From a virus: a stretch of 64,000 bases of DNA. Shown piece by piece: positions 58,013 to 64,000 of the stretch. A model generated the notes under the pieces. It did not search any database and was not told where the DNA came from. It was given only the letters and a program-made list of their open reading frames with translations. The position numbers and the translations under genes are program-made. The DNA lies in IMG/VR virus record IMGVR_UViG_3300042556_001316, positions 2,763 to 66,762 of that record; one strand, given 5' to 3'. Position 1 is the first letter of the stretch. Every line of letters starts with the position of its first letter.

Positions 58013-58741
58013 TTAATTTAAAGTTTTTCCTAATTCCTGTTGTCTTTTCTTGTAAGCTTCAAAATCTCCATTTTTGTAAATCTGTGTTTTTGGTACATCA
58101 GAACCAATCAATTCATCATTCCAAGAACTATTGTTAAAGAAAGTCTGAGGATCCTTCCTGAACTTCTTTTCTGGCTGTATCATTTTATACTTTGGGATAT
58201 AATCAATAATTGAACTTCTATCATCATCTTTCAATGATGCCCATTTCTTTTTTAACTTTTCCTTATCACCAACTTTCTTGTCATATAAATCCCAAAAAAT
58301 ATCAAACGATATATTTATTTCTTTTATTTCCTTTCCTTTTATTTCCTTTCCTTTCCTTTCCTTTTTAGCATTGCTATCGGATTGCGTTTGCATTGCGTTC
58401 GCATTATCCCATCTATAACTAGCTGATTTTCTTGCTTTTGCACTTTTATCATTTCTTTGTTCCAGTCTTTCTTGAACAGAATTACTGCCAAAATAATCAC
58501 CATTAAAAACGAATAAATCAAAGTCATTTACTACGCTCGCTACAAGGTCGCTATCCGATCTTAAGTCATACGCAATGCCTTCGTAATCCGTTCGCAATGC
58601 GTTCGCATTATTGTATAAATCCTCTACTATTGACCAAAAAACACCATACCCTTGCATGCCATGTTTCCTAATCAGCCTTTTTATCTTCTCATCATTACGA
58701 GCATTATAGTCGTGTGAGAAGTAGAATGTATCTTTTGGCAT
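58013..58741 (-). CDS. replication initiator (DUF4373/Lin1244-like N-terminus)
   Basis: YFSHDYNARNDEKI..GYGVFWSIVE; C-terminal FDIFWDLY..K.PQTFFN. Confidence 0.8.
   Translation of the reverse strand: MPKDTFYFSHDYNARNDEKIKRLIRKHGMQGYGVFWSIVEDLYNNANALRTDYEGIAYDLRSDSDLVASVVNDFDLFVFNGDYFGSNSVQERLEQRNDKSAKARKSASYRWDNANAMQTQSDSNAKKERKGKEIKGKEIKEINISFDIFWDLYDKKVGDKEKLKKKWASLKDDDRSSIIDYIPKYKMIQPEKKFRKDPQTFFNNSSWNDELIGSDVPKTQIYKNGDFEAYKKRQQELGKTLN
58313..58611. repeat. iteron-like 11-bp repeats plus (TTTCC)n tract, putative replication origin
   Basis: GCAWTGCGTTC-like units at 58368-58405 and 58572-58609 inside the initiator gene. Confidence 0.6.
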
Positions 58742-58750
58742 TTTAAAATC

Positions 58751-58948
58751 TTAATCGTTTATTAAATCGGTTTTCAAAGCTTCATTAATGCGTGTAATCT
58801 CACTATCCGTAAATAGTAATTTACCCTGCATTTTGCGCGATAATTCCGATTCTGGTATCTTGGCATTTAATGAAAGCCAACGCTGAGTGCGACCATCCAT
58901 AGCTTCCTTGATTCGTTCATGAAGCTTCATTGTTTTAATTTCTTCCAT
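58751..58948 (-). CDS. Cro/XRE-type HTH regulator
   Basis: GRTQRWLSLNAKIPESELSRKMQG. Confidence 0.8.
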   Translation of the reverse strand: MEEIKTMKLHERIKEAMDGRTQRWLSLNAKIPESELSRKMQGKLLFTDSEITRINEALKTDLIND

Positions 58949-58967
58949 AAAATTTATTGTTGAATAG

Positions 58968-59054
58968 CAAAAATAGTATTAATTTCTAAATTCCCAAATA
59001 TTTTTAATTTTTTTTAAAAATAATTTTGTGGTTTAATTAATTTAATTAAATTTG
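58968..59054. promoter_or_regulatory. divergent promoters with AT box
   Basis: TATTTTTG (-) 58968-58975, TAAATTTG (+) 59047-59054, box 59032-59050. Confidence 0.65.
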
Positions 59055-59057
59055 CAA

Positions 59058-59228
59058 ATGGAAAATAGAGAACTAATATATGAATTGGCTAAAAAGCTTG
59101 ATTTAATAATAGAAGTAACAAAAGATGGTAAATACGCTGGTAAATATAAATTCATAAATAACAAACTACATAAACTAAAAGAAGATGAGAAATTCAACGA
59201 TAATAGTAAAGAAAAAGAGATGCGTTAG
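59058..59228 (+). CDS. hypothetical protein (not in ORF track)
   Basis: MENRELIYELAKKLDL..., 56 aa, right after the promoter element. Confidence 0.5.
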   Translation: MENRELIYELAKKLDLIIEVTKDGKYAGKYKFINNKLHKLKEDEKFNDNSKEKEMR

Positions 59229-59721
59229 ATGCGGAAACATTGATTACCATTTTTCAAAAAAGATGTGTAAACAATGTGCTACTATTGAATCTACGCAAAA
59301 AAGAATGGAAGAATTTGAAGATGATGGAGAAAGCTTTCAAAATTTAGTTTCAGATTTGGATCATGTATTTAGCCAATACATAAGATGTAAATATGCAGAT
59401 AAGCAAGGTATGGTAGAGTGTTATACATCTGGTAAAAAGATGAGATGGCAGGAAATACAATGCGGCCACTTTATACCTAGGGCAAATCTTGGAACTAGGT
59501 GGTTGGAGGCAAATTGTAGACCACAATCATTGGAAGAAAATTACTTTAAGATGGGTAATTTGGAAGAATTTGAATATAAGCTAGATGAAGAAAACAATGG
59601 AGTAGTAGAGTATTTGAGAGAATTGGCAAGACAAGTTTCTAAGCCTACAAAAGAGGAATTAAAGTCTTTAATTATTGAGTATAGATCAAAGCTGAACCTA
59701 ATAAAGAAGAAATTTAATTAA
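59185..59721 (+). CDS. NinG/Rap-like recombination endonuclease
   Basis: LDHVFSQYIR..VECYT..QCGHFIPR..TRW..NCRPQ, plus an N-terminal Zn finger. Confidence 0.8.
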   Translation: MRNSTIIVKKKRCVRCGNIDYHFSKKMCKQCATIESTQKRMEEFEDDGESFQNLVSDLDHVFSQYIRCKYADKQGMVECYTSGKKMRWQEIQCGHFIPRANLGTRWLEANCRPQSLEENYFKMGNLEEFEYKLDEENNGVVEYLRELARQVSKPTKEELKSLIIEYRSKLNLIKKKFN

Positions 59722-59783
59722 ATTTATTTTTTTAATTAAATTAATTAAATTAATTTTGTACTCAAATATTAAAAACACATAAA

Positions 59784-59981
59784 ATGGCAAGAAACATTAG
59801 TCCAGATTCGGTATCAAGCAAGGTATCAGAATTGAAAGTAGGAGAAAGTTTACTATTAGAAAACCCATATACATCTGTAATGGTTATGGTTTCTAATCTC
59901 AAAAGAAAAGAAGATCATAAAAACAAAGTATTTAAGATTAAAGAAACTGAAAAGCAAACGAATGTAACTAGAATAAAATAA
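59784..59981 (+). CDS. small DNA-binding-like protein
   Basis: ELKVGESL...VTRIK. Confidence 0.6.
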   Translation: MARNISPDSVSSKVSELKVGESLLLENPYTSVMVMVSNLKRKEDHKNKVFKIKETEKQTNVTRIK

Positions 59982-59986
59982 GTATT

Positions 59987-60358
59987 ATGCACATACAAAC
60001 CATCCACTACACCAGAACATTTAATTTAGGTAATTATTCATCAGAAAAAATAGGAGTTGAATTTGCTTTGAATCCGGGGGAATCGGCAGATAAAGCTCTT
60101 GATAATGCAAGACAATTGGTTGAAGAATACCATAAAAAAAGTGTTAAACAAATTGAAGAAGCTGGACTTTATTTTGAACAAGATGAACCAATTACTGAAA
60201 AAGTAATACCAACACAGTCAAAAAAGACGTTAACAGAAAGAACAAAAGAGTTTATTGATTCTTGCAAAACAAAACAGGAATTAAAAGCTTGGGAACTAAT
60301 GTGTAAAAACAATCCTGAATTGCTGGAATATTATAATAACAAACTAAACAACCTTTAA
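59987..60358 (+). CDS. hypothetical protein upstream of the exonuclease
   Basis: RTFNLGNYSSEKIGVE. Confidence 0.7.
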   Translation: MHIQTIHYTRTFNLGNYSSEKIGVEFALNPGESADKALDNARQLVEEYHKKSVKQIEEAGLYFEQDEPITEKVIPTQSKKTLTERTKEFIDSCKTKQELKAWELMCKNNPELLEYYNNKLNNL

Positions 60359-60360
60359 TT

Positions 60361-61089
60361 ATGAAATGGAATGAAACACTTATTAGATCAAGCTCTGTTG
60401 GTTATTTAATGACTGAGCCGGTAACTAAAGCTGATAAAGAAGCTGGGATTCTATCTAAAACGGCACAAAAACATTTAATTGAAGTTTATATCGCTGAAAA
60501 ATATGGCAGAAAGCGCGATATACAAACAAAGCAAATGAAGAAAGGCGTTGAAGTTGAAGATGATTCAATTGAGCTTTTAAATAGTTTTTGGGGAGTGGAT
60601 TATAGTAAAAATGAACATAGATTTACTAATGATTACATATCAGGGCATCCAGATATAATAACTGTTAATCCGAATAAGGTTATTGATATTAAATCAAGCT
60701 ATGATCTTTGGACATTCTTAGGAAATATACCAGATAAACTTGATAACTTGTATTACTGGCAGCTTCAATCTTACATGTGGCTTTCAGGTGCCACTAGTGG
60801 ACATATTGCATACTGTCTTGTAAATACACCATTCAATATTGTTGAGCAAGAGAAAAGATACTTACTTAATAAGATGAATGTTGTTTCAGAAGAAAGCCCA
60901 GAATATGTAAAAGAATCAATGAAGCTTGAGTTTAATATGACATTTGATGATATTGCTATTCCAGAAAGAATATTAATATTCAATGTGGAAAGGAATGAAG
61001 ATGATATTTTAAAGATTCAGCACAAAGTAGAAAAAGCAAGAGAATTTTTATTTGAACTTGAAAATAAACATCTAAATTTCAATAAATGA
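60361..61089 (+). CDS. YqaJ/lambda-exonuclease family nuclease
   Basis: IRSS, MKKGVEVE, GHPD, DIKSS, YYWQLQSYMWL. Confidence 0.88.
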   Translation: MKWNETLIRSSSVGYLMTEPVTKADKEAGILSKTAQKHLIEVYIAEKYGRKRDIQTKQMKKGVEVEDDSIELLNSFWGVDYSKNEHRFTNDYISGHPDIITVNPNKVIDIKSSYDLWTFLGNIPDKLDNLYYWQLQSYMWLSGATSGHIAYCLVNTPFNIVEQEKRYLLNKMNVVSEESPEYVKESMKLEFNMTFDDIAIPERILIFNVERNEDDILKIQHKVEKAREFLFELENKHLNFNK

Positions 61090-61436
61090 CCGGAGCTAAT
61101 ATCATAAGTGCAATCCAAAATTTAAAAATGGCTCAAGAGCAATTAGAAGATTTTTGCAGGCAGTTCCCCAACTCACAGGGAGAAAGGATATTTAAGAATT
61201 ATAGTAAAAAAATAGATTGGATTTTTAATGATATTATAACCCACCCGTTTCTTACAACTGAAGTTAGAACTGGTATTAAAAACGAAATTAATAGTGATGT
61301 TTTTGCAGTACCGGCTATAATTGAAAAGGTTGCTCTATTAAATCCAGAACAAAGAGAAATAATAGAATCAACTATAGACGCAATGATAAACGGAGAAGAA
61401 GTAAAAATTGTTGATATTAACGAATTAAATAAATAA
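61086..61436 (+). CDS. hypothetical protein
   Basis: 116 aa, ATGA-coupled. Confidence 0.7.
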   Translation: MTGANIISAIQNLKMAQEQLEDFCRQFPNSQGERIFKNYSKKIDWIFNDIITHPFLTTEVRTGIKNEINSDVFAVPAIIEKVALLNPEQREIIESTIDAMINGEEVKIVDINELNK

Positions 61437-61438
61437 AA

Positions 61439-61714
61439 ATGGCTAAGAAAAAAGAAAAAGAATTGAATTTACCCACTAATGCAGAAGTGTTAGATGGATG
61501 TGATTTTTGTATGCAATTTGATTACGATGAACCACATGTAATTGGTGCTAGTGAAAACTCAGACGGAGTAATGGAAATTGTATTAAAGTCTTACATGGAT
61601 GTTGGTATAACATTTTTATGCCCGACCACCGGAAAGAAGCTAAGACTTTTTGCAAGACCATTATCAGATAAAGGAAAACAAATTTTAGAAATGCAAGAAC
61701 AACCAACCCAATAA
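61439..61714 (+). CDS. hypothetical protein
   Basis: 91 aa. Confidence 0.7.
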   Translation: MAKKKEKELNLPTNAEVLDGCDFCMQFDYDEPHVIGASENSDGVMEIVLKSYMDVGITFLCPTTGKKLRLFARPLSDKGKQILEMQEQPTQ

Positions 61715-61731
61715 CCATAAAAATAACAAAC

Positions 61732-62277
61732 ATGAAAAAGCTAATAACTACCACACTAATCATTATTTTCTTAGTAAACACCGCAATGTCGCAAATATTT
61801 GATGGTATTAATTTAAAGGAAAATACAGAATATTTAATAGAAAAATTAGAAAAAAAAGGTTTTAATTTTGACTATGGTATGGGTAATACAATAAAATTAT
61901 CTGGAGAATACGATAATAAAGAAACTAGAGTTTATATAGTAAATACTGTCAAGTCTAATAAACCAGTAGTTCTTAGCGCATATATTGGTGATTCTAAAAC
62001 TTGGGATGAGCTATTAAATGAATACAAAAAGTATGTAAAAGTTTTTTCTGATAAATACGGAAATCCAGATATTTATTATGCATCATTTAAGGCTCCATTT
62101 GATAAAAACTATAAGGGAAAAGAAATGGAAGCTGTTAAAAATGATAAATCAAATTATATTTCAGAATGGACCAGAAATGGTATAAATTATTCAGTAGAAA
62201 TCTTTAAGTACAATAGTATAATTGTAACTTACAGAAACGAAGAAAATTTTGAGTTAAATAAGATAGAGTTGAAGTAA
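61732..62277 (+). CDS. secreted protein
   Basis: Sec signal MKKL..AMS-Q. Confidence 0.7.
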   Translation: MKKLITTTLIIIFLVNTAMSQIFDGINLKENTEYLIEKLEKKGFNFDYGMGNTIKLSGEYDNKETRVYIVNTVKSNKPVVLSAYIGDSKTWDELLNEYKKYVKVFSDKYGNPDIYYASFKAPFDKNYKGKEMEAVKNDKSNYISEWTRNGINYSVEIFKYNSIIVTYRNEENFELNKIELK

Positions 62278-62283
62278 ATAACA

Positions 62284-62306
62284 AAGGCGGCCTAAAAACC
62301 GCCTTA
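62284..62306. terminator. bidirectional terminator
   Basis: AAGGCGG-8 nt-CCGCCTT between convergent genes. Confidence 0.75.
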
Positions 62307-62307
62307 T

Positions 62308-62679
62308 TTATTCTTTATCTCTATTTCTATAAGCTTTCATAGCTTCTCTTCTATCTTGACCTTGTTTCCAAGAACCATAAGCAAATTTTTCAGCTCTTTT
62401 TTTACTTTTAAAACCAAAAACTTCTCCTCTTTTTTTAGCTTCATTATAAGCATCCATTCCTTTTCCTCCTAAATCGGTCCAGCTATTATCTTTATTTAAG
62501 AATATTGTAGGGTTTACTTGATATTTATATTTACCAGAACCTTCCCCAAATTCCATTTTATGAGTAGAAACAGTTCCATCTTCATTTTTACGAGCAAACG
62601 GTCTTATGCTTCTAACTATTTCTTTCCTATTCTTAGTAACTATAGGAGGATTTTGCTGCATTGATTTTAACTTGCTCAT
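62308..62679 (-). CDS. hypothetical basic protein
   Basis: 123 aa; RKNEDGTVSTH..PTIF. Confidence 0.7.
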   Translation of the reverse strand: MSKLKSMQQNPPIVTKNRKEIVRSIRPFARKNEDGTVSTHKMEFGEGSGKYKYQVNPTIFLNKDNSWTDLGGKGMDAYNEAKKRGEVFGFKSKKRAEKFAYGSWKQGQDRREAMKAYRNRDKE

Positions 62680-62963
62680 TATGATTTCTTATGTGCATTT
62701 GCAAATTTACGAGCAGCTTCAACGCTACCAAATCCCCAAGCTTTTAATGCTAATGCCTTACGAGTAGGTTCACCATTAGGCTTTTTCATAGCACCTAACA
62801 TGCCACTAAATCTAGCAGCAAAAGAAACCCTTCTAGGATTAACGCCAGATTTAACTGGGGCTTTTAAATTGCCACCAGTTTCAGCATTATAAGATGCACG
62901 ACCTTTTGCGTTTAATCCACCTTCTGGATTTTTACCTTCTTTTCTTTGCCAAGCTCCTGACAT
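62679..62963 (-). CDS. DUF6321-like protein
   Basis: AWQRKEGKNPEGGLNAKGRASY..NLKAP..SFAAR. Confidence 0.8.
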   Translation of the reverse strand: MSGAWQRKEGKNPEGGLNAKGRASYNAETGGNLKAPVKSGVNPRRVSFAARFSGMLGAMKKPNGEPTRKALALKAWGFGSVEAARKFANAHKKS

Positions 62964-62965
62964 AA

Positions 62966-63121
62966 CTATTTTTTTTCTTCTGCTTTAATTTTTTTCTCTT
63001 GTTTCAACATTTCCGAAGTTGGCTTCTTTCCACTTCCTTTGTTGGCACGAATATTATCCCATAATCCTCTACGAGAATATGATCCATCCGCGCGTTTCAT
63101 CATTTGTAGTTTATTTTTCAT
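62966..63121 (-). CDS. small basic protein (not in ORF track)
   Basis: MKNKLQMMKRADGSYSRRGLWDNIR..., 51 aa, fills the gap with a coupled start. Confidence 0.6.
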   Translation of the reverse strand: MKNKLQMMKRADGSYSRRGLWDNIRANKGSGKKPTSEMLKQEKKIKAEEKK

Positions 63122-63492
63122 TATTTTAAACTTAATAAGTATAATGTTTCAGCAAATAATTGTGCTATTTCGTCTACTTGATTTTGAACCCAACTTTCTT
63201 GATAGATGTTTTCTCTTTCTTTTTGGATCATTTCATAGCAAGATTTAAAATATCTAACTACTTGTTCAGGACTTTTGTAATCCATCGGACTATCAATTTG
63301 ATATTTAGTAGGTCTTTCATAAATTCCACTTACGCTTTCTACTAATCCATCAGTTAATCCTACTATTTGATCGTAAAATTTACCCAAAGCTTTATGAACT
63401 GCATAAGAGTCGGTTTGATGATGCCAAACGACAGATTGATCAAAAGAATCTTTTAAATAAGATACAAAATAGGAGAACTTTTCACTAGACAT
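63121..63492 (-). CDS. ferritin/Dps-like protein (DUF5856-like)
   Basis: WHHQTDSYAVHKALGKFYD..DGLVE..QNQVDEI. Confidence 0.8.
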   Translation of the reverse strand: MSSEKFSYFVSYLKDSFDQSVVWHHQTDSYAVHKALGKFYDQIVGLTDGLVESVSGIYERPTKYQIDSPMDYKSPEQVVRYFKSCYEMIQKERENIYQESWVQNQVDEIAQLFAETLYLLSLK

Positions 63493-63519
63493 GTTATAAA
63501 TTTTATGCTAATTTACGAA

Positions 63520-63777
63520 TTATTTTCCATTCTCAGCTTTCCATATTACTAAATCTATGCCAGTTAAGTGATTAGGAGGCTCCAAATTAGGCTTTTTTTC
63601 ACTTTGTACAGGTATTTGTACCGATTTGCGTACATCTTCCAAATTTGAGGCGCTTTTGCCGTAATTATCCATCAAATAATTGACTACTTGCTGAACAGAT
63701 GTCAAATTTTGCTCTTTTTGAATCATTTCTAACTTATATAAGTCAAATCTGACTCCAATTGGTTTACTTTTTGCCAT
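63520..63777 (-). CDS. ribbon-helix-helix DNA-binding protein
   Basis: KPIGVRFD strand followed by two helices. Confidence 0.65.
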   Translation of the reverse strand: MAKSKPIGVRFDLYKLEMIQKEQNLTSVQQVVNYLMDNYGKSASNLEDVRKSVQIPVQSEKKPNLEPPNHLTGIDLVIWKAENGK

Positions 63778-63786
63778 ATAAAAAAT

Positions 63787-63861
63787 TGTAGCTACAAATT
63801 TAAGTAAAAAAACCGAATGTAGCTACAAAAATTAACTTAATTATTAACAAATGTAGCTACA
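63787..63861. promoter_or_regulatory. three TGTAGCTACA palindromes (putative operator)
   Basis: 63787-63796, 63818-63827, 63852-63861; the first overlaps a TAAATTTG promoter element. Confidence 0.75.
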
Positions 63862-64000
63862 AAATTCCCCCCTAGATCCCCCCCCCCCATTAACCCTAGA
63901 TCACACACATACCAAACCAACCAACGCAAAGCGCTACCAATTGCCCGACCTAATTAATACAAGTAAAGCAAAGCGGCGCAACCATACCGCAACCAATGGC

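Larger units (their letters stand above)
1..64000. mobile_element. Bacteriophage genome (Caudoviricetes, podovirus/crAss-like morphogenesis module, Bacteroidota host)
   Basis: Terminase, portal, capsid, tail and lysis genes present; no host housekeeping genes; Bacteroidota-type TAnnTTTG promoters. Confidence 0.95.

Noticed and set aside
1-64000. Stop-codon reassignment, tRNA genes, integrase/att sites
   Set aside because: Genes are intact and densely packed in the standard code; no cloverleaf or recombinase motif was recognised

Overview
The window is most or all of a tailed-phage genome infecting a Bacteroidota host. The host call rests on TAnnTTTG promoter elements, A-rich translation starts without Shine-Dalgarno sequences, and a crAss-like or Bacteroidota podovirus morphogenesis order. 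Layout: 0-7.6 kb, + strand early array of small unknown genes. 7.7-19 kb, glycosyltransferase and methyltransferase genes flanking a lysis cassette. 19-54 kb, - strand virion module: tail fibre, ejection proteins, muzzle and ring proteins, GroES, major capsid, scaffold, portal, terminase. 54-64 kb, replication and recombination genes: SSB, primase-helicase, initiator with iteron-like repeats, NinG-like protein, YqaJ exonuclease. No integrase, DNA polymerase, tRNA or CRISPR array was recognised. The main candidate for a new system is phage-encoded protein O-glycosylation. The enzymes would be a TibC/AAH-like protein heptosyltransferase and a plant SGT1/HPAT-like peptidyl glycosyltransferase, plus accessory GTs and methyltransferases. 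The acceptors would be a Gly-Ser/Thr-Ser collagen-like fibre and mucin-like poly-Thr tags on four unrelated probable virion proteins. Also seen: a genome-wide TTAATTAAATTAATTAA operator-like motif at promoters, a split muzzle gene, and a CpG-rich, CAG/CTG-poor leading region. All family assignments are by eye from motifs; no database searches were run.
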